Shown: piece by piece, positions 1 to 7,188 of the stretch
How the letters are laid out: each line of letters opens with the position of its first letter
Position numbering within the stretch: position 1 is the stretch's first letter
Virus record (IMG/VR): IMGVR_UViG_3300012275_000005
DNA: 16,164 nt
DNA from: a virus
Taxonomy: Duplodnaviria; Heunggongvirae; Uroviricota; Caudoviricetes
Reading direction: 5' to 3' (one strand)
Notes under the pieces: model-generated
Told to the model about the DNA's origin: nothing
Database searches by the model: none
What the model saw: the letters and a program-made list of their open reading frames with translations, nothing else
Translations under genes and position numbers: made by a program

Positions 1-69
<69 letters not shown>

Positions 70-75
70 GTTAGA

Positions 76-121
76 GTCTTTCAGTCTGCGATGATGGGAA
101 ATCCCGGAGTGACTGAAAGAC
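76..121. repeat. 11-bp perfect inverted repeat GTCTTTCAGTC / GACTGAAAGAC with 24-nt spacer containing a GGGA-AA-TCCC mini-hairpin
   Basis: Arms at 76..86 and 111..121 are exact reverse complements; located 7 nt after the tRNA CCA end. Confidence 0.6.
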
Positions 122-128
122 GTTTAAG

Positions 129-201
129 TTATGAATGATCGCTTTTTTTTGCAAAATTGCTGTGCAGAAATACTAACCTTCGGGCAGGCGATCATTCATA
201 A
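129..201. repeat. 14-bp perfect inverted repeat (TTATGAATGATCGC / GCGATCATTCATAA) flanking a 45-nt spacer that begins with a T8 run
   Basis: Arms 129..142 and 188..201 are exact reverse complements; spacer contains TTGCAA (149..154) and TACTAA (171..176), which are weak -35/-10-like hexamers with 16-nt spacing. Confidence 0.55.
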
Positions 202-278
202 GCACTCTGCTTTTATTCCGATTAACTGTGAGTGGTTTGTTGGATAGAGTGCTTTCCTTACTGTATATATCGTTTCGC

Positions 279-474
279 NNNNNNNNNNNNNNNNNNNNNN
301 NNNNNNNNNNNNNNNNNNNNNNNNNNNNNNNNNNNNNNNNNNNNNNNNNNNNNNNNNNNNNNNNNNNNNNNNNNNNNNNNNNNNNNNNNNNNNNNNNNNN
401 NNNNNNNNNNNNNNNNNNNNNNNNNNNNNNNNNNNNNNNNNNNNNNNNNNNNNNNNNNNNNNNNNNNNNNNNNN
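279..474. other. assembly gap (196 N)
   Basis: Run of N; true length unknown. ORFs 173..490(-), 228..524(+) and 232..543(+) in the supplied track are largely translations of N. Confidence 0.99.
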
Positions 475-543
475 CTGACTTATCTGACAAATCTGTACTT
501 CAAAATCAGAGAAGACAAGCGTAAGGCTGCACGGGGAGAGTAA
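475..543 (+). CDS. pinholin (S21-like class II holin), C-terminal fragment; 5' part lost in N gap
   Basis: Visible translation [22 protein letters not shown]-stop matches the C-terminal tail of phage 21 pinholin S21 as I recall it (…[22 protein letters not shown]). A highly charged C-terminal tail is typical of holins. It sits upstream of a SAR-type endolysin. Confidence 0.55.
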   Translation: [22 protein letters not shown]

Positions 544-547
544 TTCA

Positions 548-899
548 ATGACTCAAAACTATGAAGTGATTGTGAAAGGGATCCGCAATTTTGAGAATAA
601 AGTTACGGTAACTTTAGCGTTACGGGACAAAAAAACGCTTTGACGGTGAAATTTTTGACCTGGACATCTCGCTGGACCGTGTTGAAGGTGCCGCGCTGGA
701 GTTTTATGAGGCAGCAGCCAGAAGGAGCATCAGACAGGTCTTCCTGGATGTTGCTGCCGGGTTATGTGAAGGGGATGAGCAGTCGCCGGAAAAGCGCCCC
801 GTAATTTTAGATGCGCAGAATGTGTGGATAACCTACAAAGGAAAGCTACCAGGAAGAATTACTGGTTCTCTGAAGACTCCTCCGGAATCACAACCTTAA
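548..899 (+). pseudogene. hypothetical protein, reading frame disrupted at an A7 tract (629..635)
   Basis: ATG 548 with GGGGAGAG upstream opens a frame that stops at 641..643 (31 aa). A second frame is open 618..899 but contains no ATG and overlaps the first across A7. Removing one A joins them into a ~116-aa hydrophilic protein (MTQNYEVIVKGIRNFENKVTVTLALRDKK-RFDGEIFDLDISLDRVEGAALEFYEAAARRSIRQVFLDVAAGLCEGDEQSPEKRPVILDAQNVWITYKGKLPGRITGSLKTPPESQP). Function not recognised. Confidence 0.45.
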
Positions 900-962
900 G
901 TCACTGACCGGAACAGATAAACCTGTCCGTGGGCAGAAACCGATAAATCCTGATAAATATCC

Positions 963-1478
963 ATGAACGCAAAAATCAGATACGGCCTGTCGGCTGCCGT
1001 TCTGGCACTGATTGCCGTCGGTGCGCCCGCGCCTGATATTCTCGACCAGTTTCTGGATGAAAAAGAAGGTAACCACACAACGGCATACCGGACCATCTGT
1101 CGGGGTGCCACGATGGTGGATGGAAAACCCGTTTTTCCCGGTATGAAACTGTCGAAGGAAAAATGCGACCAGGTCAACGCCATTGAGCGTGATAAGGCGC
1201 TGGCATGGGTGGAGCGCAATATTAAAGTACCACTGACCGAACCACAAAAAGCGGGTATCGCGTCATTTTGTCCCTATAACATTGGCCCCGGTAAGTGTTT
1301 TCCGTCGACGTTTTATAAGCGGCTGAATGCCGGTGATCGTAAGGGCGCATGCGAGGCGATTCGCTGGTGGATAAAAGATGGTGGGCGCGATTGCCGCATA
1401 CGTTCAAATAACTGCTATGGACAGGTTATTCGTCGTGACCAGGAAAGCGCATTAGCCTGTTGGGGGATAGATCAGTGA
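963..1478 (+). CDS. endolysin, phage lysozyme (T4-lysozyme/GH24-like) with N-terminal SAR-like hydrophobic segment
   Basis: 171 aa. N-terminal Ala/Gly/Leu-rich stretch [18 protein letters not shown] resembles a signal-anchor-release domain. The C-terminal half is colinear with phage 21 R-type endolysin (…[13 protein letters not shown]…ALACWG). It is followed by Rz/Rz1. Confidence 0.85.
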   Translation: MNAKIRYGLSAAVLALIAVGAPAPDILDQFLDEKEGNHTTAYRTICRGATMVDGKPVFPGMKLSKEKCDQVNAIERDKALAWVERNIKVPLTEPQKAGIASFCPYNIGPGKCFPSTFYKRLNAGDRKGACEAIRWWIKDGGRDCRIRSNNCYGQVIRRDQESALACWGIDQ

Positions 1479-1942
1479 GCAGAGTCGCCGCGATTATTTA
1501 TGCTCTGGTTATCTGCACTATCGTCTGCCTGTCGTGGGCGGTCAATCATTACCGTGATAACGCCATCGCCTACAAAGAACAGCGAGATAAAAAAGTCAGT
1601 GAGCTGAAGCAGGCGATCGCCACCATCGCTGACATGCAGCAGCGTCAGCGTGATGTTGCTGCGCTCGATGCAAAGTACTCGAGAGAATTAGCCAATGCGA
1701 AAGCTGAAAATGAAACTCTGCGCGCTGATGTTGCCGCTGGTCGTAAGCGCCTGCGGGTCAATGCCAGTTGCTCCGCAGCCGTGCGTGAAGCCACCGGCCC
1801 CACCAGCGTGGATAATGCAACCATCCCCCGGCTGGCAGACACCGCTGAACGGGATTATTTCACCCTCAGAGACCGATTGATGACGATGCAGAAGCAACTG
1901 GAAGGGGCACAGCTATACATTCGTGAGCAATGCCTCAGATAA
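1475..1942 (+). CDS. Rz: i-spanin Rz
   Basis: GTG start overlapping the endolysin stop; N-terminal TM segment [19 protein letters not shown] followed by a coiled-coil-like charged region; contains the embedded Rz1 gene in the +1 frame. The track ORF begins at an upstream TTG (1460), which I consider less likely. Confidence 0.85.
   Translation: MSRVAAIIYALVICTIVCLSWAVNHYRDNAIAYKEQRDKKVSELKQAIATIADMQQRQRDVAALDAKYSRELANAKAENETLRADVAAGRKRLRVNASCSAAVREATGPTSVDNATIPRLADTAERDYFTLRDRLMTMQKQLEGAQLYIREQCLR
1695..1880 (+). CDS. Rz1: o-spanin Rz1 (outer-membrane lipoprotein), embedded in Rz
   Basis: 61 aa; signal peptide with lipobox LVVSAC; proline-rich mature part ([17 protein letters not shown]); wholly inside Rz in another frame, the classic lambda Rz/Rz1 architecture. 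Confidence 0.8.
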   Translation: MRKLKMKLCALMLPLVVSACGSMPVAPQPCVKPPAPPAWIMQPSPGWQTPLNGIISPSETD

Positions 1943-1950
1943 AAACCGGC

Positions 1951-1991
1951 NNNNNNNNNNNNNNNNNNNNNNNNNNNNNNNNNNNNNNNNN
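1951..1991. other. assembly gap (41 N)
   Basis: Run of N directly after the Rz stop. Confidence 0.99.
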
Positions 1992-2097
1992 ACTTATGAT
2001 AATTCAACAGACGAAGCGAGATATTCTGGCGCATAACAAAGCGTGGCAGGTGAACTGCAAACCTGAAGAGGCGCAAAAATCTGCGCCAGAATAGTAG

Positions 2098-2583
2098 TTA
2101 TTTTGTGGTTTTGAAAAGTTTCATGTACTGATTGATAGGTTTTCCTGAGTAAGAATCTGTCCCTGGCTCAGGATTATCAGATAAAACTTTTGCAGCTAAT
2201 TTGTTGGAGGCTTGATTACCAACCCCGACAATAGCCTCTACATAGAATTCATTGAAGGAATTTCTAAATCCGTATTGCATTTCTTCAATGCTGGCGATGA
2301 GAAGTTGAGTACCGATGCCTTGCGCTTTATATTCATCAGCTACTGCATAGCCAACGCCAAAGCATGGTTTACCTTCAACAAACTCTGCAGGGACATATAT
2401 AGCAACACCTTTAACATTTTCTCCTTCAAAGAATGCATAAGTAAACCGTGGTGTACCCTCTGCATCATCCAAAAGCACCTTCATATTTGGGTGAACTATG
2501 CATGGTGAAGGCTTAATCAGACCATTAGAAAAGGCGTATTGAAAACTAATTAATGAGTCTGTTGGATCAACGAGTTCTGGCAT
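2098..2583 (-). CDS. GNAT-family N-acetyltransferase (moron, AT-rich, antisense to the late operon)
   Basis: 161 aa; GNAT motif-A-like segment AVADEYKAQGIGTQLLIASIEEM; own RBS AGGA about 7 nt before the ATG; sequence visibly more AT-rich than all flanking phage genes; only minus-strand gene in the window. Confidence 0.75.
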   Translation of the reverse strand: MPELVDPTDSLISFQYAFSNGLIKPSPCIVHPNMKVLLDDAEGTPRFTYAFFEGENVKGVAIYVPAEFVEGKPCFGVGYAVADEYKAQGIGTQLLIASIEEMQYGFRNSFNEFYVEAIVGVGNQASNKLAAKVLSDNPEPGTDSYSGKPINQYMKLFKTTK

Positions 2584-2827
2584 TTTGAGTCCTATGTATT
2601 TTGATATAAGCGATTCAACATACTACTTTCTTACGTTTAATTCTTTAACATTAACGAGCCAGGATACGAAATTTTGAAAAAGAGTAAAGTTTTTAATAAT
2701 TCATTCAAAGCATATCGCATGTGCACATCTAAGAAAGGCTTTCAGCTGTGAGCCTGGGTAAACCGTAAACTTTCGGCGACTCTGCCGTGCGACAGGTTCA
2801 CGTCTAACATGTCTAAAAGGAAGAGTT

Positions 2828-3028
2828 ATGAAGTTTCAGGTCGCTAAACTGTATCGTGGTAAACATTTCGCAGGGTATGGGATTGCAGTTAATGGTGAGT
2901 TACTGGAAGGGCAGCTTTCCGCCAGGGCAGAGACACGCGGAGGCGAGCCACCAACAGTCACTGTGACTTTCAGACTGACAGCAGAACATATCGAGAATCA
3001 GCCCGTCATTCAACTGAACAGGGTGTGA
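2828..3028 (+). CDS. hypothetical small protein (66 aa)
   Basis: ORF with RBS AAGGAAG upstream of the ATG; ends 8 nt before the HNH gene; codon composition like neighbouring phage genes. No recognisable motif. Confidence 0.4.
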   Translation: MKFQVAKLYRGKHFAGYGIAVNGELLEGQLSARAETRGGEPPTVTVTFRLTAEHIENQPVIQLNRV

Positions 3029-3035
3029 GGTATTT

Positions 3036-3386
3036 ATGCCATCACGAATCCCACGCGCCTGCCGTAAGCGAGGATGTGCAGGTACAACCACAGACAGTTC
3101 TGGTTACTGCGATAAACATCGTGGCGAAGGATGGGAACAGCATCAACGCGGACTGAGCCGCCACCAGCGTGGCTATGGCTCGAAATGGGATGCCATACGT
3201 GCGCGCATACTGAAGCGTGATAATCATCTGTGTCAGAACTGCCTGCGCAATGGGAGAGCCGTTGAAGCCAGAACTGTGGACCACATCATTCCGAAAGCTC
3301 ATGGTGGCACGGATGCAGACAGTAACCTGCAGAGTCTTTGCTGGTCCTGCCATAAAGCAAAAACAGCACGCGAACGCATCAACTGA
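3036..3386 (+). CDS. HNH endonuclease (terminase-associated)
   Basis: C-terminal HNH motif DHIIPKAHGGTDADSNLQSLCWSCHKAK and N-terminal Cys-rich region (CRKRGCAGTT…YCDKH). Sits immediately upstream of terS/terL, the typical position in HK97-like phages. Confidence 0.85.
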   Translation: MPSRIPRACRKRGCAGTTTDSSGYCDKHRGEGWEQHQRGLSRHQRGYGSKWDAIRARILKRDNHLCQNCLRNGRAVEARTVDHIIPKAHGGTDADSNLQSLCWSCHKAKTARERIN

Positions 3387-3534
3387 TAACTGTTCTCATC
3401 TGTAGGGGAGGGGCGGGTCAAATCTCTGCAACCCTGGCTGCTCAGGACCGCCGCCTGACCCTTCCTCACATCGCCGCAGGTTCGAAAACTTTTTTTTGGA
3501 AATGTGAACAAACGATTGATAGGTAAGACCGATT

Positions 3535-4017
3535 ATGTCAGGACCTCCGAAAACCCCGCCACGCCTGCATTTGATTCGAGGCAACCCCTCAAAGCGCCCC
3601 GTTAAAGACCACAAAAAAACCGCTAAAAAGGATGAAAAAGGTCTTCCTAAAATTCCGCAGCATTTAGGGGCTCAGGGGAAGTACTGGTTCAGGCGAATGG
3701 CGGAAGAGCTGAATGCGGAAGGGATCATTTCTCAGCTTGATGCGCGTGCGCTCGAGTTGCTGGTGGAAGCCTACACCGAATATCGGCATCACTGCGAAAC
3801 ACTCGATGTTGAGGGGTATACCTACCGCACGGAAACGCAGAGCGGTGATGTACTGATTAAGGCGCACCCCGCGGCGGCAATGAAAGCGGATGCCTGGAAG
3901 CGGATCCGGGCAATGCTTGCAGAGTTTGGTATGTCACCGGCAAGCCGGGCTAAAGTAAATATCGCCGGACCGGATGATGTTGATCCGCTGGCGGAGCTTT
4001 TAAAAGCGAGAGACTGA
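3535..4017 (+). CDS. terminase small subunit (P27 family)
   Basis: 160 aa; basic N-terminus, central …LDARALELLVEAYTEY… and C-terminal …AEFGMSPASRAKV…, characteristic of P27-family TerS; stop overlaps the TerL start (ATGA). Confidence 0.85.
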   Translation: MSGPPKTPPRLHLIRGNPSKRPVKDHKKTAKKDEKGLPKIPQHLGAQGKYWFRRMAEELNAEGIISQLDARALELLVEAYTEYRHHCETLDVEGYTYRTETQSGDVLIKAHPAAAMKADAWKRIRAMLAEFGMSPASRAKVNIAGPDDVDPLAELLKARD

Positions 4018-5774
4018 TGGCAAAAGTGGCTGACGGGATCCGCTACGCCGAACGTGTTGTTGCAGGAGAAATTGTTGCTGGCGAATTTGTCCGCCTGGCC
4101 TGCCAGCGTTTTCTTGATGATCTGAAGTACGGCGAAGAGCGGGGGATTTATTTCAGTGAACCCCGTGCGCAGCACATCCTGAATTTCTACAAATTTGTGC
4201 CTCATGTAAAAGGGGCGCTGGCAGGCCAGCCCATTGAGTTGATGGACTGGCATGTATTTATCCTCATTAATATTTTTGGTTTTGTCATTCCGCTGGTCAA
4301 TGAAGAGACCGGGGAAGTTGTCATGCGCAGCGATGGCAGCGGACGTCCGGTGATGGTGCGCCGGTTCCGGACGGCGTACAACGAAGTCGCCCGTAAAAAC
4401 GCAAAATCAACTCTGTCATCGGGTATCGGCCTGTATATGACGGGGGCAGATGGTGAAGGCGGAGCTGAGGTGTATTCAGCCGCAACCACGCGTGACCAGG
4501 CCAGAATCGTGTTTGAAGACGCCAAAAATATGGTCAGAAAAGCCCGGTCGACACTCGGGCGGTTGTTTGATTTCAACAAGCTGGCGATTTACCAGGAGCA
4601 GAGCGCATCAAAATTTGAACCGCTTTCTTCGGATGCAAACAACCTAGATGGTCTGAACATCCACTGCGCCATTATTGATGAGCTGCATGCACATAAAACC
4701 CGTGACGTGTGGGACGTTCTGGAAACGGCAACCGGTGCCCGTCTGCAGTCCCTTTTATTTGGTATCACCACGGCAGGGTTTAACAAGGAAGGGATTTGTT
4801 ACGAGCAGCGTGATTACGCCATCAAGGTATTGCGTGGCTATAACAGCGACGTGGAGGGCGCGGTAAAAGACGACTCCTACTTTGCGATTATTTACACCCT
4901 CGATGAGGGAGATGATCCGTTTGATGAAACGGTCTGGCAGAAAGCGAATCCCGGCCTGGGCATCTGTAAACGCTGGGATGATCTGCGTCGCCTGGCGAAA
5001 AAAGCGAAAGAACAGGTCTCTGCGCGGGTGAATTTTTTTACCAAACACATGAATGTGTGGGTAACAGCAGAGTCTGCCTGGATGGACATGATTAAGTGGG
5101 AGAAGTGCGAATACATTGCCCCACGACATGAGCTGAAAACGTATCCCATGTGGGTCGGCGTTGACCTTGCTCATAAGATTGATATCTGTGCGGCGGCAAA
5201 ACTCTGGCGAACGGATAACGGGCATGTTCATGCCGATTTTAAATTCTGGCTTCCGGAAGGACGGCTGGAACGATGCTCGCGGCAGCAGGCAGAACTTTAC
5301 CGGAAGTGGGCGGAGATGGATAAGCTGATTCTGACGGATGGTGATGTTATCGATCATGCTCAGATAAAAAGTGACTTACTGGAATGGATTGGTGGTGAAA
5401 ACCTCAGGGAACTGGGATTTGACCCGTGGAGCGCGATGCAGTTCAGCCTGGCACTGGCTGAAGAAGGGATACCGCTGGTGGAGGTTCCGCAGACGGTTCG
5501 CAATCTGTCAGAGGCCATGAAGGAAACGGAATCACTGGTCTATGCCGGGCGTTTCCATCACAGCAATCATCCGGTCATGAACTGGATGATGTCTAACGTT
5601 ACGGTAAAACCGGACAAAAACGACAATATCTTCCCGAATAAATCCACGCTGGAAGCCAAAATCGACGGCCCTGTTGCGATGTTTACAGCAATGAGCCGGA
5701 TGCTGGTCAATGGTGGTGAACCGGAGCTGGATCTGTCTGAACATCTGGTCAGCGTGGGCATCCGCTCGCTTTAA
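4017..5774 (+). CDS. terminase large subunit
   Basis: 585-aa uninterrupted ORF directly after TerS and before the portal; length and position typical of HK97-type TerL. Confidence 0.9.
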   Translation: MAKVADGIRYAERVVAGEIVAGEFVRLACQRFLDDLKYGEERGIYFSEPRAQHILNFYKFVPHVKGALAGQPIELMDWHVFILINIFGFVIPLVNEETGEVVMRSDGSGRPVMVRRFRTAYNEVARKNAKSTLSSGIGLYMTGADGEGGAEVYSAATTRDQARIVFEDAKNMVRKARSTLGRLFDFNKLAIYQEQSASKFEPLSSDANNLDGLNIHCAIIDELHAHKTRDVWDVLETATGARLQSLLFGITTAGFNKEGICYEQRDYAIKVLRGYNSDVEGAVKDDSYFAIIYTLDEGDDPFDETVWQKANPGLGICKRWDDLRRLAKKAKEQVSARVNFFTKHMNVWVTAESAWMDMIKWEKCEYIAPRHELKTYPMWVGVDLAHKIDICAAAKLWRTDNGHVHADFKFWLPEGRLERCSRQQAELYRKWAEMDKLILTDGDVIDHAQIKSDLLEWIGGENLRELGFDPWSAMQFSLALAEEGIPLVEVPQTVRNLSEAMKETESLVYAGRFHHSNHPVMNWMMSNVTVKPDKNDNIFPNKSTLEAKIDGPVAMFTAMSRMLVNGGEPELDLSEHLVSVGIRSL

Positions 5775-5785
5775 CCGAGGTCATT

Positions 5786-5968
5786 ATGTTTCTGATAATT
5801 CTCGCGCCACTGGTGGGCGTGCTGGGTGCGCTTTTGCTGGCGTATGGTGCCTGGCTGATTTATCCCCCGGCGGGGTTTGTTGTTGCCGGGGCGTTGTGTC
5901 TGTTCTGGTCGTGGCTGGTGGCGCGATATCTCGACCGTACACAGCCGTCTTTCGGCGGAGGTAAATAG
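5786..5968 (+). CDS. hypothetical small membrane protein (2 predicted TM helices)
   Basis: 60 aa, [26 protein letters not shown]…[20 protein letters not shown] then charged tail; RBS GAGGT upstream; fills the terL-portal gap exactly, with its stop overlapping the portal GTG. Could still be a chance ORF in GC-rich DNA. Confidence 0.35.
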   Translation: MFLIILAPLVGVLGALLLAYGAWLIYPPAGFVVAGALCLFWSWLVARYLDRTQPSFGGGK

Positions 5969-7092
5969 TGTTCTTTTCGGGATTATTTCAACGAAAAAGT
6001 GACGCACCGGTGACCACGCCAGCAGAGCTGGCGGATGCCATCGGGTTGTCTTACGACACCTATACCGGAAAGCAGATCAGCAGTCAGCGGGCCATGCGAC
6101 TGACGGCGGTTTTTTCCTGCGTCAGAGTGCTGGCAGAGTCGGTCGGGATGTTGCCCTGCAATCTGTATCACCTGAACGGCAGCCTGAAACAGAGAGCCAC
6201 CGGCGAACGTCTGCATAAGCTGATCTCCACGCATCCCAATGGCTATATGACGCCGCAGGAGTTCTGGGAGCTGGTGGTCACCTGTCTGTGCCTGAGGGGA
6301 AACTTTTACGCCTACAAAGTGAAAGCATTTGGCGAAGTGGCTGAACTGCTGCCCGTCGATCCCGGTTGTGTGGTACCGAAGCTTAACAGTAGCTGGGAGC
6401 CGGTCTATCAGGTCACATTCCCGGACGGCTCCACGGATGTGCTGAGCCAGGAGGATATCTGGCATGTGCGCACGCTGACGCTGGACGGACTGGTGGGGCT
6501 GAATCCCGTCGCCTATGCCCGCGAGGCAATATCGCTGGCGGCAGCGACTGAAGAGCACGGGGCCAGACTGTTCAGCAATGGTGCGGTGACGTCCGGTGTG
6601 TTGCGTACAGAACAGACGCTGTCGGATCAGGCTTATGAGCGCCTGAAGAAAGATTTTGAGGAGCGTCACACCGGGCTTGGCAATGCTCACCGCCCGATGA
6701 TCCTTGAGATGGGGCTGGACTGGAAGTCGATGGCGCTGAACGCCGAGGACAGCCAGTTCCTGGAAACCCGCAAGTTTCAGCTTGAAGAAATCTGTCGTCT
6801 GTTCCGGGTACCGTTGCACATGGTGCAGAACACCGATCGCGCCACCTTCAACAATATCGAAGAACTGGGGCTCGGATTTATCAACTATTCACTGGTGCCG
6901 TATCTGACCCGCATCGAACAGCGGATCAACACCGGACTGGTACGAAAAAGTAAGCAGGGCGTTTATTACGCCAAATTTAACGCCGGGGCGTTACTGCGCG
7001 GGGATATGAAGTCCCGTTTTGAAGCCTACGCCACCGGGATTACAACTGGGGAATTTACTCTCCCAATGACTGCCGCGACCTGGAAGATATGA
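5968..7092 (+). CDS. portal protein (HK97 family); 3' end apparently frameshifted, with a portal-like C-terminus continuing in another frame to 7211
   Basis: 374-aa ORF with GGAGG RBS and GTG start. The frame ends …EAYATGITTGEFTLPMTAATWKI-stop, but the next frame reads …NWGIYSPNDCRDLEDMNPRPGGDVYLTPMNMTTKPSDGSKAGKQKDNANADETTS-stop (7041..7211), which looks like the genuine hydrophilic portal C-terminus. Confidence 0.85.
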   Translation: MFFSGLFQRKSDAPVTTPAELADAIGLSYDTYTGKQISSQRAMRLTAVFSCVRVLAESVGMLPCNLYHLNGSLKQRATGERLHKLISTHPNGYMTPQEFWELVVTCLCLRGNFYAYKVKAFGEVAELLPVDPGCVVPKLNSSWEPVYQVTFPDGSTDVLSQEDIWHVRTLTLDGLVGLNPVAYAREAISLAAATEEHGARLFSNGAVTSGVLRTEQTLSDQAYERLKKDFEERHTGLGNAHRPMILEMGLDWKSMALNAEDSQFLETRKFQLEEICRLFRVPLHMVQNTDRATFNNIEELGLGFINYSLVPYLTRIEQRINTGLVRKSKQGVYYAKFNAGALLRGDMKSRFEAYATGITTGEFTLPMTAATWKI

Positions 7093-7188
7093 ATCCGCGT
7101 CCCGGTGGGGATGTCTATCTCACACCGATGAACATGACCACGAAACCCTCCGATGGCAGTAAAGCCGGTAAGCAGAAGGATAACGCCA

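Noticed and set aside
173-543. Track ORFs 173..490(-), 228..524(+) and 232..543(+) of about 100 aa
   Set aside because: They are almost entirely translations of the N run (X residues); only the last 22 codons of the 232..543 frame are real sequence and are reported separately as a pinholin C-terminus.
888-1897. Antisense and alternative-frame ORFs over the endolysin and Rz (888..1247-, 896..1219-, 1222..1407-, 1645..1842-, 1688..1897-)
   Set aside because: They lie wholly inside well-supported sense genes in GC-rich DNA where long spurious ORFs are expected; no RBS or motif support. The +1 frame ORF 1695..1880 is the exception and is kept as Rz1.
1460-1942. TTG start at 1460 for Rz as given in the track
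   Set aside because: GTG 1475 overlaps the endolysin stop, the usual R/Rz arrangement, and yields the expected N-terminus; the TTG start would add five residues with no support.
2098-2830. GNAT gene as the toxin of a GNAT/RHH type II toxin-antitoxin pair
   Set aside because: No candidate antitoxin ORF on the same strand upstream or downstream (only short stop-interrupted frames), and the protein does not resemble AtaT/TacT-type toxins as I recall them; kept only as an acetyltransferase of unknown target.
3822-6819. Long antisense ORFs inside terS/terL/portal (3822..4253-, 4202..4579-, 4755..5357- 200 aa, 5983..6819- 278 aa)
   Set aside because: They are embedded opposite strong, contiguous packaging and portal genes; their composition reflects the sense-strand codon bias and there is no independent evidence.
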